The translations under genes and the position numbers were made by a program. Below are positions 29,856-37,843 of a stretch of 37,843 nucleotides of DNA, one piece after another. Position 1 is the first letter of the stretch. Each line of letters opens with the position of its first letter. This DNA is from Actinomycetota bacterium (lineage in GTDB: Bacteria > Actinomycetota > CADDZG01 > WHSQ01), in contig JAENWQ010000001.1 in assembly GCA_016649855.1 (NCBI GenBank), positions 1 through 37,843 of the forward strand. The letters run 5' to 3'. The notes below the pieces were generated by a model. It had not been told where the DNA came from. It searched no databases and saw nothing but the letters and a program-made list of their open reading frames with translations.

Positions 29856-31310
29856 ATGAGCATCAAGATTTTCGATTCCAAGGTTCGCAAAGTCGTCCCC
29901 TTTGACACGCGCGAGGAGGGCAAGGTCGCCATGTACTGCTGCGGGCCGACGGTCTACAACTACATCCATATCGGGAACGCCCGCACGATGCTCTGGTTCG
30001 AGTTCATCCGGCGATACTTCGAGTATCGCGGTTACGACGTCACATACGTCATGAACTACACGGACGTCGACGACAAGATCATCGAGCGGTCCAAGATCGA
30101 GAAGATCACCCCGGATGGCATCGCCCTGAAGTACACGAAGGCGTTCGAGGATGACCTCGCCGCGATGGGGGCTGAGACCCCCGACATCGTCAGCAAGGCG
30201 ACGGATCACATCGGGGGCATGATCGAAGCCATCGAGGGGCTCGTGGAGAAAGGCCTGGCTTACGAATCCGAGGGCAACGTCTGGTACTCGGTCGAGAAGT
30301 TCGACGGGTACGGAAAGCTTTCGGGCCGGACCCTCGACGACATGCGCGCGGGGGAGAGGGTCGAACCCATGCCCGGTAAGCACCATCCCCTCGATTTCTC
30401 CCTGTGGAAGGCCGCCAAGGAGGGGGAGCCGTCGTGGGACTCTCCCTGGGGACCCGGCCGGCCTGGGTGGCACATCGAGTGCTCGGTGATGTCGACCAAG
30501 TACTTGGGGATGGGCTTCGATGTCCATGGGGGCGGTACCGATCTGATCTTTCCGCACCACGAGAACGAGATCGCCCAGGCAGAAGGCCTCGAGGATTCAG
30601 AGTTCGTTAGGCACTGGATGCACGCGGGGATGGTCCAGATGGGCGCGGAGAAGATGTCCAAGTCTCTCGGGAACATCGTTCTCGCGCACGACGCGGTGGC
30701 GCAGATCGGCGGCGAGGTCCTGCGTTACTGGGCGCTGTCCGGGTCCTACCGATCTCAGGTTGTGTTCTCCGACTCGGCGCTGGACGACGCTCGCGCCTCG
30801 TACGAGCGGTGGTCGACTTTTCTCAGTTCAGCCAGACATTCCCTCGGGGACGACATGCCTGAAGCGCCCGTCCACCCGCGGCGCAAGGTCGGCGGCGAGG
30901 GCCTTGAGGGTCCCGGCTCCGAGTTCACCCAGCGATTCATCTCCTCGATGGATGACGACTTCAATTCCGCCGGCGCATTCGCGGCGGTCCACGAGCTGGT
31001 CACCGAAGGCAACAAAGCGCTCGAGGCGACCCACGGGGGCGACGTCGAGGCCCGGGCGCGTCTGATCGCACTGACGTCTTCCTTCGTCGAGCTGATTGCC
31101 GCTCTGGGGTTCGGTTTCGCCCCTTCCGAGGGTGGATCGGATGTGCTCGTGGGTGGCTTGGTGGAGTTCCTGCTCGAGATGCGCGAGCAGGCGCGTGCGG
31201 AGAAGGCATTCGAGCGTGCCGACGCGATCAGGGACAAGCTCTCCGAGCTCGGGGTCATCACCGAAGACACACCCTCCGGAACACGTTGGCGTCTCGGTGC
31301 CGCGGACTAA
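29856..31310 (+). CDS. cysS: Cysteine--tRNA ligase
   Basis: CGPTVYNYIHIGNAR (HIGH region), KMSKSLGN, WHIECS zinc site; 484 aa. Confidence 0.96.
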   Translation: MSIKIFDSKVRKVVPFDTREEGKVAMYCCGPTVYNYIHIGNARTMLWFEFIRRYFEYRGYDVTYVMNYTDVDDKIIERSKIEKITPDGIALKYTKAFEDDLAAMGAETPDIVSKATDHIGGMIEAIEGLVEKGLAYESEGNVWYSVEKFDGYGKLSGRTLDDMRAGERVEPMPGKHHPLDFSLWKAAKEGEPSWDSPWGPGRPGWHIECSVMSTKYLGMGFDVHGGGTDLIFPHHENEIAQAEGLEDSEFVRHWMHAGMVQMGAEKMSKSLGNIVLAHDAVAQIGGEVLRYWALSGSYRSQVVFSDSALDDARASYERWSTFLSSARHSLGDDMPEAPVHPRRKVGGEGLEGPGSEFTQRFISSMDDDFNSAGAFAAVHELVTEGNKALEATHGGDVEARARLIALTSSFVELIAALGFGFAPSEGGSDVLVGGLVEFLLEMREQARAEKAFERADAIRDKLSELGVITEDTPSGTRWRLGAAD

Positions 31311-32058
31311 AGGACCCGACGACGACGAGGGTTCGTTCCTGGCCGGACGGCGTCCGGTCCTCGAGCTGCTCCGCGCTGGGAAGCCGGCCGAGAAGATCCT
31401 CGTGGCGAGCGAACTTGATCCCTCCTCGCTGATCGGCGAGATCAGGAAGCTGGCGAACGCGGCTTCGGTACCGCTCAAGAACGTGCCCAAGGTAGAGATC
31501 GACAGGATCGCCGGCGGGATGAACCACCAGGGGGTCGTGGCGGTCACCGGCCGGTATCGGTACGTGCCCCTCAAGCGCCTGCTGGAAAAGGAGTCACCCA
31601 GGCTCCTCTTCGTGGACAAGGTCACCGATCCACACAACCTCGGGTCGCTTCTGCGCTCGGCCGATGGGGCCGGCTTCTCGGGCGTGGTGATTCCCTCCCA
31701 TCGATCGGCGGCGGTATCCGGCACGGTCCGGCGCGTCTCGGCGGGTGCCGCCGAGGTCGTTTCCGTGGCTCGCGTGACCAATCTCGGGCAGGCGATCGAT
31801 CAGGCGAAGGCCGCCGGTGTCTGGGTGCTAGGTCTCGACGAGAAGGCGGCCGAGGACATCTGGTCCACCGATCTCGCCGAGCCGCCGGTGGGGCTGGTGT
31901 TGGGCGCTGAGGACAAAGGCATCTCGAGGGGCGTGAGAGACCGGTGCGATCAGCTCGTGAAGATCCCGACGTCGGGCCGCCTCGGATCCTTGAACGTTGC
32001 GGTCGCGGGAGCCATCGCGATGTTCGAGGTAGCAAGACGGGCGAACATACAGTCGTGA
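31297..32058 (+). CDS. rlmB: TrmH/SpoU-family 23S rRNA (guanosine-2'-O)-methyltransferase RlmB
   Basis: GTG at 31297 is the likely start; the ORF-track start 31096 lies deep inside cysS. Motifs GRRPVLELL, HQGV, DPHNLGSLLRSA, LVLGAEDKGIS and IP..G...SLNVAVA. Confidence 0.85.
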   Translation: MPRTKGPDDDEGSFLAGRRPVLELLRAGKPAEKILVASELDPSSLIGEIRKLANAASVPLKNVPKVEIDRIAGGMNHQGVVAVTGRYRYVPLKRLLEKESPRLLFVDKVTDPHNLGSLLRSADGAGFSGVVIPSHRSAAVSGTVRRVSAGAAEVVSVARVTNLGQAIDQAKAAGVWVLGLDEKAAEDIWSTDLAEPPVGLVLGAEDKGISRGVRDRCDQLVKIPTSGRLGSLNVAVAGAIAMFEVARRANIQS

Positions 32059-32060
32059 AC

Positions 32061-32514
32061 ATGTTCGGTTTGGGCGCACCCCTGATCGACGTTCCGGACG
32101 AGGATCTCGTCGAACTGGCTCGTACGGGAGAGGCGATTCAGAAGGACGTCGATCGCCCGATCCGCAACCAGACAGAAGCACGCCCCGCTCAACTCCTACG
32201 TTTCTCTCAACAGATCGCTGGCTGATGACGAGGTCGAAAGCGCGCCGTTCGAAGAAACCATCGTCGGAAGCGAGATCAGCGACCCCGCCGAATTGGTCGT
32301 CTCCGCGGAGGCCCTCGAGCGGATCAGGTCGTCGATGGGCGAGGTGCTCTCCTCTCTCGAAATCGATGTTCTGCGTCTGTACATGGACGGGAAGACCTAC
32401 CTGGAGATAGCCGACATCCTCGGTCGACACGTGAAGTCGATCGACAACGCGCTTCAACGGATCAAGAAGAAGCTGGAAGAGCATCTCGATCGAAGCGCCC
32501 CCGGGTTCGGCTAG
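32061..32514 (+). pseudogene. Relic of a SigH (Spo0H)-type sigma-70-family factor. Region 3/4 is intact, region 2 is missing, and the frame is broken.
   Basis: ATG 32061 opens frame 0 (MFGLGAPLIDVPDEDLVELARTGE...), which stops at 32225. The frame open from 32086 to 32514 encodes ATRQKHAPLNSYVSL...MGEVLSSLEIDVLRLYMDGKTYLEIADILGRHVKSIDNALQRIKKKLEEHL. This is about 70% identical over 51 aa to the B. subtilis SigH C-terminus as I remember it. The first canonical start in that frame is TTG 32293 (73 aa, region 4 only). Confidence 0.55.
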
Positions 32515-32537
32515 TTGCGGGATACCCTTTGCAGGAT

Positions 32538-32610
32538 GCTGGAGTAGCTCAGTTGGTAGAGCAGCCGATTTGTAATCGGCAGGTCGCAGGTTCGACTCCT
32601 GTCTCCAGCT
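32538..32610 (+). tRNA. tRNA-Thr (anticodon TGT)
   Basis: Hand-folded, 73 nt. Acceptor stem gctggag/ctccagc, D-arm gctc-agttggta-gagc, anticodon stem gccga/tcggc with loop ttTGTaa, T-arm gcagg-ttcgact-cctgt. Confidence 0.9.
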
Positions 32611-32644
32611 CGACCGGATGGGCAAGTGACTAACGGAGTCGAAC

Positions 32645-33937
32645 TTGGGCGACGAGAAGAAGATCCCGGAAGGGCAAACACCCCCGGATGCATCCCACGA
32701 TTCTCCCTGGGAGACGGCCCTGGCGCAGCTCGATGAGGCTGCCGAGCTCATGGGACTTGCCCCCGGCGTGCATGAGATCCTGCGAGTCCCCAAGCGGTCG
32801 CTCATCGTGTCCGTCCCTTTCCGGATGGACGACGGTTCCACCCGGGTCTACCAAGGCACCCGCGTCCATCACAACGTCACCCGCGGCCCGGCTAAGGGCG
32901 GCATCCGGTACCACCCGGATATGGGGTTCGATGAGACGAAGGCCCTGGCGATGTGGATGACGTGGAAGTGTGCGGTCGTCGATATCCCGTTCGGTGGTGC
33001 CAAGGGTGGGGTCGCGGTGGATCCGAGAGAACACACGCGAGCCGAACTCGAGAGGATGACCCGTCGTTATGCGTCCGAGATCCTCCCGTTCATCGGTCCG
33101 GAGCGCGACATCCCGGCACCCGACATGAACACCGATGAAGAGATCATGGCTTGGATCATGGACACGTACTCCCAGAACCAGGGTTACTCGGTTCCCGGCG
33201 TCGTGACCGGAAAGCCGGTTTCGATCGGCGGCTCGAAAGGACGCGGTGGGGCGACCTCCCGAGGCGTTATGTACACCATCTTCTCTACCCTGAAGCGGTT
33301 GGGCCTCGGTATCGAAGAGGTCAGCGTCGCCATCCAGGGCCACGGGAAGGTGGGTGGATTCCTGGGTCAACTCCTCCACGATGCGGGGTGCCGGGTCGTC
33401 GCCATTTCGGATGTCGGGGGAGGCCTATACAAAGAGCGCGGGCTGGACCCCGAAGCGATCAACCGGCACAAGCGGGAGGCGGGGTCGGTGGTCGGATACC
33501 CGGGTGCCGACCCGATCACGAACGAGGAACTCCTTCAGGTCGACTGTGACGTTCTGATACCCGCGGCGATAGAGAGCGTCATCACGGTGAAGAATGCCGA
33601 CCGAATCCGGGCCCGGGTCGTCTGCGAGGCGGCCAACGGCCCGATCACGTTCGAGGCCGACCGGATACTTGTCGACCGGGGGATCTTCGTCGTTCCGGAC
33701 ATCCTCGCCAACTCCGGAGGGGTCACGGTTTCCTACTTCGAGTGGGTCCAGGACATCCAGGCCTACTTCTGGACGGAGGAGGAGGTCAACGATCGTCTCA
33801 GGCTGATCATGGAACGGAGCTTCGATGCGGTTTACGACCTTGCCGAGGCAAAGGGCCTGACCATGCGCCAGGCTGCTCACTGGATCGGGGTCGGCCGTGT
33901 GGCCGAGGCCCATCTCACCCGCGGCCTGTTCCCCTAA
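32645..33937 (+). CDS. gdhA: Glutamate dehydrogenase (Glu/Leu/Phe/Val dehydrogenase family)
   Basis: Motifs KGGIRYHP and IPFGGAKGG, and a Rossmann GxGxxG (IQGHGKVGG); 430 aa; TTG start per the ORF track. Confidence 0.9.
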   Translation: MGDEKKIPEGQTPPDASHDSPWETALAQLDEAAELMGLAPGVHEILRVPKRSLIVSVPFRMDDGSTRVYQGTRVHHNVTRGPAKGGIRYHPDMGFDETKALAMWMTWKCAVVDIPFGGAKGGVAVDPREHTRAELERMTRRYASEILPFIGPERDIPAPDMNTDEEIMAWIMDTYSQNQGYSVPGVVTGKPVSIGGSKGRGGATSRGVMYTIFSTLKRLGLGIEEVSVAIQGHGKVGGFLGQLLHDAGCRVVAISDVGGGLYKERGLDPEAINRHKREAGSVVGYPGADPITNEELLQVDCDVLIPAAIESVITVKNADRIRARVVCEAANGPITFEADRILVDRGIFVVPDILANSGGVTVSYFEWVQDIQAYFWTEEEVNDRLRLIMERSFDAVYDLAEAKGLTMRQAAHWIGVGRVAEAHLTRGLFP

Positions 33938-33977
33938 ATCCGCCGCGCGCGGTCGGACTCCCGCTACCCTGAGCTTC

Positions 33978-34271
33978 ATGATTGAGAGCACGGGTGACAA
34001 CGCGCAGCTGAGCGAGCAGGATATCGACATCCTCGACTTCGAACGGTCGTGGTGGAAGCACGCCGGGGTCAAGGAACAGGCGATCAAAGAGCGCTTCGAC
34101 ATGTCGGCGACGCGCTACTACCAGCTTCTCAACGATCTGATCGAACATCCCTCCGCCCTCGCCTACGATCCGATCCTCATCAAGCGCCTCAAGAGGCTCC
34201 GGACCTATCGGAAGCGTCAACGCGTCGCTCGCTTGCTGGGCACGGAGTTCGTCCCGAACAGCAAGCGTTAG
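33978..34271 (+). CDS. DUF3263-like protein
   Basis: ATG at 33978. ILDFERSWWKHAGVKEQAIKERFDMSATRYYQLLNDLIEHPSALAYDPILIKRLKRLR matches the DUF3263 pattern. Followed by a LytR_C gene, as in M. tuberculosis Rv0430/Rv0431. Confidence 0.8.
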   Translation: MIESTGDNAQLSEQDIDILDFERSWWKHAGVKEQAIKERFDMSATRYYQLLNDLIEHPSALAYDPILIKRLKRLRTYRKRQRVARLLGTEFVPNSKR

Positions 34272-34320
34272 CTTCCGCCCCGGGGCGGGCGGGAGAACAA
34301 ATGGCGGGTGGGAGAACTTA

Positions 34321-34845
34321 ATGGGGCGACATTCCTCTCCCGAACGATGGCCGTTCCTCAGGTCCCTCCTCGCGTGGGTCTTCCCGTGGGTGATCGTTGC
34401 CTCGGTGGTGGCCGGCGCGGTGTGGGTCGCGGTCAACGCGGTCGGCGGGAACGACGTTGAGCTGGAGGTCACCACGGCCTCTCCATCCCCGACGGTTGAA
34501 GGTCTGCCCGAACCGGTGTTCACCCCGAGCCCAACACCGGTTCCGGTAGGTGACGGTCCGGTCGTCTACGAGGGAGTAACGGCACAGGTGCTGAACGCTA
34601 CGGGCGGCGTCGACGGAGCCGCGCAGAGGATGGCAGACCGCCTCGCGCGGCTCGGCTTCGACATCGTCGCGATCGACACCGCCTTGGGAGAGATAGAGAT
34701 CACGACCGTGTACTGGACCTCGCCTGAGGGCCGACCGGTGGCGGAAGCCCTGGCGGCAGACAACGGCTGGATCGCGGCCGAGAAGTCCGACAACCTCTCG
34801 GCGAGCGTCCAGATCCACGTGCTCGTGGGCAAGGACGAGCCGTAG
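34321..34845 (+). CDS. LytR_C (cell-envelope-related) domain membrane protein
   Basis: N-terminal TM helix, Pro/Thr-rich linker, then VLNATGGVDGAAQRMADRLARLGFDIVAIDTA...TTVYW...VLVGKD, typical of the LytR C-terminal domain. Confidence 0.8.
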   Translation: MGRHSSPERWPFLRSLLAWVFPWVIVASVVAGAVWVAVNAVGGNDVELEVTTASPSPTVEGLPEPVFTPSPTPVPVGDGPVVYEGVTAQVLNATGGVDGAAQRMADRLARLGFDIVAIDTALGEIEITTVYWTSPEGRPVAEALAADNGWIAAEKSDNLSASVQIHVLVGKDEP

Positions 34846-34868
34846 CCCGTCCCCGCCCACGACACTGG

Positions 34869-37403
34869 TTACTCGACCGTGATCGCCCGCAGTACGTCGA
34901 TCTTCGATGCGCGGCGTGCCGGGAAGACCGAAGCCCCGACCCCCGCGATCCCAGCAATGAACACGTATGTGATGAGCGTCCCGAGCGGCAGCCTGAACTC
35001 GCTGATCCCTTCATCCTTGAGTGCAGCCACGAGCGCCCAGCCGAAGAACATCCCGATCACCAACCCGAGGACGGCCCCAAGCATCGCAACGATCACGGCC
35101 TCCCAACGGATCATCCTTCGCACCTGGCCGCGCGACATCCCGATCGCCCGCAGCAGCCCGATCTCCCTGGTGCGCTCGAAGATCGACAGGGCGAGGGTGT
35201 TCACGATCCCGATGAACGCGATGATCAGCGCGAGGCCCAGAAGGGCAGACACGAGGCCGAGGAGTTGATCGACCGAGGCGGCTGCGCTGTCGAGGAACTC
35301 TTCCCGGTCATCGAGCTCGACGCTCGGGAAGCCTGCGAGAGCCTCCTCGATACCGCTTCTAGCGTCGGATGGCGAGAACGGATCCGAGGTCTGGATCAAC
35401 AAAAGGTTCAGTTTCGGATCCGTGAAGCCGGCCTCAAAGTCGGGCAGCGACAGCACGTAGCCTCCGGCCAGAGGGTTCCTCTCGTAGATGCCTTTGATCT
35501 CGACCTCACGCGGCGGCGCCGCTTGGAATCGCATCTCGATGGTGTCGCCGACGGACCAGTCGTGCTCCTCGGCCTCATCCTCGGCGACCAGGAGTCCCCC
35601 GTCTTCTGCCGCCTCTGTACTTCCCGAGACCATATCGAAGTTCAATGTTTGGGCTCCGGCTGCGATGTCGACGCCGCTGACGCCGACGGTTTGTCCTTCG
35701 ATCAGCGACGATCCCGAGCGGAACCCTGCGGCGACCTCGACCTCGGGAAGGTTCTTCACCGTGGCTTCTACCTCGGGGTCGAAGCCGTCGAAGGACTTTC
35801 CCTGCACTATGAGGTCGAAGTTCGTGGATCCCTCGATGAGGTCGATCTGCGAGGCCTTCAGCGAGGATGCAAAGATCGTGATGAACCCCACCAACGCAAC
35901 GCCGATCATCAACGCGGCCGCGGTCGAGGACGTCCGTTTCGGATTGCGGGTGGAGTTGTCCCGCGCCAACCGGCCGGGGACGTTCAGGAACCTCGCGAAG
36001 GGCGCACCGAGGAAACGTGCCATCGGCCCGGCCAGGACGGGAGCGATGGCCGCCACTCCCACGAAGGTCAGGAACGCGCCCAGGCCCACCTGCTGCAGGG
36101 CCGAGTCGCCCCCGATGAACAGCCCGAGGAGCAGCACGACGATACCGAGTACCAGAGCGACCACCCCCGCGATCAGGCGCTGTCTTCCGGCCTTGACCGA
36201 GACTGTGAATCCTTCCCGCATCGCGTCGACGGGCGAGACTTTCGTCGCCCTTCTCGCGGGGGAGATGGATGAACCAACGGTCACAAGCGTGCCCACGATC
36301 ATCGGGATGATCACCGCCTTGGGGCCGATGACAAGGGAGCCGGTAGGAAGATCGATCCCGAAGGCCTTCAGCAGGTTCTGCAAGCCGATCGCCACGAGTA
36401 TCCCGACCCCGACCCCGATGGCAGACGCCACGAGCCCCGTGAGCGTGGCTTCGATGAGGATCGAACCCAAGACTTGCCTCCGGCTGGCGCCGATCGCGCG
36501 CAACAGAGCGAGTTCCCGGGTTCTCTGGGCGACGATGATCGAGAACGTGTTCGCGATGATGAAGGAACCAACGAACAGCGCGATGGCGGCGAACACGAGC
36601 AGGGCGATGCTGAAGAACGAGAGCCCTTCTGCGATCTGATCCGTGGTTTCGGAGGTGATCTCCTCTCCGGTCGAGACGTCGTAATCCGTGCCTATCGCAG
36701 CCACGATCCGGTCCGCGAGCTCGTCTTGATTGACCCCCCCCTCGCCTACGACGTCGATCGAGTCGAACTCGCCGACCCTGTCGAATAGCTTCTGGGCGGT
36801 TTCTTGTTCGAACACCGCGAGCGTGGCCCCGGCGAGATTGTCGAGATCTCCGAAGCCGACGATGCCGCTGATGGTGAATCTCTGCGCGGGACCCTTGATG
36901 AGGATCTCGACCTGATCTCCCACGTGGAAGTCGTGCTCTTCGGCGGTGTGTGCGTCCATGACGACATCGGTCGGCGAGGTGGGTTCCACTCCATCCCTGA
37001 GCGTCAGCGGATTCGAGGCTTCATCGGAAACACTCCATGAGAACCCGAGCGTCGGCGGTCCCTGGGGGATGATCGCCTCCCCGTCCTTGTCGACGAACGT
37101 CGCGCTTCCCTCGACGGACCCGAGCGCTTCCGCGACACCATCGACCGCCGCAACCTCCTCCAGCAGGGACTCGGGGAGGGGAGGGCGTTCATCTGACTCG
37201 AAGTCTTCGAACGCCTGCACACCCCGGATCGTGACGTCGACGCCGGAGTACGCCTGTGTGAAGAGGTTGTTGAAGGTTGCATTGAGGGTGTCTGAGAGGA
37301 CATAGGTACCGGCCACGAAAGAAACGCCCAGCACGATGGCGAGAGCGGTCATAGCGAGGCGCAACTTGTGCGTCATCAAGCTCTTGAGTGTTGCTTTGAG
37401 CAT
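34869..37403 (-). CDS. ABC transporter permease with two FtsX/MacB-type domains
   Basis: 844 aa with N-terminal MacB_PCD-like periplasmic domains and two 4-TM FtsX modules (RTRELALLRAIGASRRQV and RTREIGLLRAIGMSRGQV). Confidence 0.9.
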   Translation of the reverse strand: MLKATLKSLMTHKLRLAMTALAIVLGVSFVAGTYVLSDTLNATFNNLFTQAYSGVDVTIRGVQAFEDFESDERPPLPESLLEEVAAVDGVAEALGSVEGSATFVDKDGEAIIPQGPPTLGFSWSVSDEASNPLTLRDGVEPTSPTDVVMDAHTAEEHDFHVGDQVEILIKGPAQRFTISGIVGFGDLDNLAGATLAVFEQETAQKLFDRVGEFDSIDVVGEGGVNQDELADRIVAAIGTDYDVSTGEEITSETTDQIAEGLSFFSIALLVFAAIALFVGSFIIANTFSIIVAQRTRELALLRAIGASRRQVLGSILIEATLTGLVASAIGVGVGILVAIGLQNLLKAFGIDLPTGSLVIGPKAVIIPMIVGTLVTVGSSISPARRATKVSPVDAMREGFTVSVKAGRQRLIAGVVALVLGIVVLLLGLFIGGDSALQQVGLGAFLTFVGVAAIAPVLAGPMARFLGAPFARFLNVPGRLARDNSTRNPKRTSSTAAALMIGVALVGFITIFASSLKASQIDLIEGSTNFDLIVQGKSFDGFDPEVEATVKNLPEVEVAAGFRSGSSLIEGQTVGVSGVDIAAGAQTLNFDMVSGSTEAAEDGGLLVAEDEAEEHDWSVGDTIEMRFQAAPPREVEIKGIYERNPLAGGYVLSLPDFEAGFTDPKLNLLLIQTSDPFSPSDARSGIEEALAGFPSVELDDREEFLDSAAASVDQLLGLVSALLGLALIIAFIGIVNTLALSIFERTREIGLLRAIGMSRGQVRRMIRWEAVIVAMLGAVLGLVIGMFFGWALVAALKDEGISEFRLPLGTLITYVFIAGIAGVGASVFPARRASKIDVLRAITVE

Positions 37404-37407
37404 CCGA

Positions 37408-37843
37408 CTACACCTCCAGATGCTTCATGCGCTCGAGCACCAGATCGGCGGTCGGGTCCTCCATCTGATCGACGATCTGTCCATCGGCGAGGAAGACGAC
37501 CCGCTGTGCGTAGCCGGCAGCCTTCGGATCATGGGTGACCATCACGATGGTCTGCCCCATCTCCTGCACGGACTTCTGGAGGAAGGTCAGCAATTCCATC
37601 GACGACTTACTGTCGAGGTTCCCAGTGGGTTCGTCGGCGAAGACGATGGCGGGGCGTGACATCAGTGCTCGAGCGGCGGCAACGCGTTGCTGCTGTCCAC
37701 CCGAGAGTTCGGATGGTCGATGCGAGAGGCGCGACTCAAGGCCGATCGACTCGACGACTTTGTTGAACCATGCTGGGTCTGGTTTGCGGCCTGCGATCGA
37801 GAGCGGTAAGACGATGTTGTCCTCGGCGCTCATCGACGGAAGA
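37408..37843 (-). CDS. ABC transporter ATP-binding protein (MacB/LolD-like), N-terminus beyond the window edge
   Basis: Signature LSGGQQQRVAAARAL, Walker B IVFADEPTGNLD and H-loop VTHD. The frame stays open to the window end, so the gene is partial. Confidence 0.9.
   Translation of the reverse strand, partial: LPSMSAEDNIVLPLSIAGRKPDPAWFNKVVESIGLESRLSHRPSELSGGQQQRVAAARALMSRPAIVFADEPTGNLDSKSSMELLTFLQKSVQEMGQTIVMVTHDPKAAGYAQRVVFLADGQIVDQMEDPTADLVLERMKHLEV

Noticed and set aside
31096-31296. rlmB ORF-track start at 31096, which lies 215 nt inside cysS.
   Set aside because: This region is clearly the cysS C-terminal domain in another frame. RlmB homology (GRRPVLELL...) begins after the GTG at 31297.

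Overview
High-GC, Actinobacteria-type chromosomal segment. CarD, DUF3263+LytR_C, DUF4235 and a DUF2342 metalloprotease are all present. Almost all of it is a conserved housekeeping block on the + strand: tilS-hpt-ftsH-folE-folP-folB-folK ... panC-coaX-lysS ... clpC-radA-carD-ispD-ispF-cysS-rlmB. Two tRNA-Thr genes flank the block. Accessory genes sit in or beside it: two tandem paralogous lipoproteins, an MgtE-type transporter with a PhoU/TrkA-C partner, an M4 metalloprotease, an orphan solute-binding protein and a MacB-type ABC exporter. No CRISPR array, transposase or rRNA was seen. The main finding is that folE (GTP cyclohydrolase I) is interrupted in frame by a complete 333-aa intein carrying a LAGLIDADG homing endonuclease. 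The intein sits exactly at the zinc-ligand cysteine of the CEHH active-site motif, and the region has clearly lower GC that extends into both exteins. The second finding is a truncated, frame-broken relic of a Bacillus SigH (Spo0H)-type sigma factor just after rlmB, which is the position sigH holds in Bacillus subtilis. Smaller observations: ispD has no canonical start codon upstream of its conserved N-terminal motif, there are tandem repeats in two intergenic spacers, and a duplicated ribosome-binding-site/start module creates a 6-codon uORF. All homology statements come from motif recognition and remembered sequences, not from database searches.
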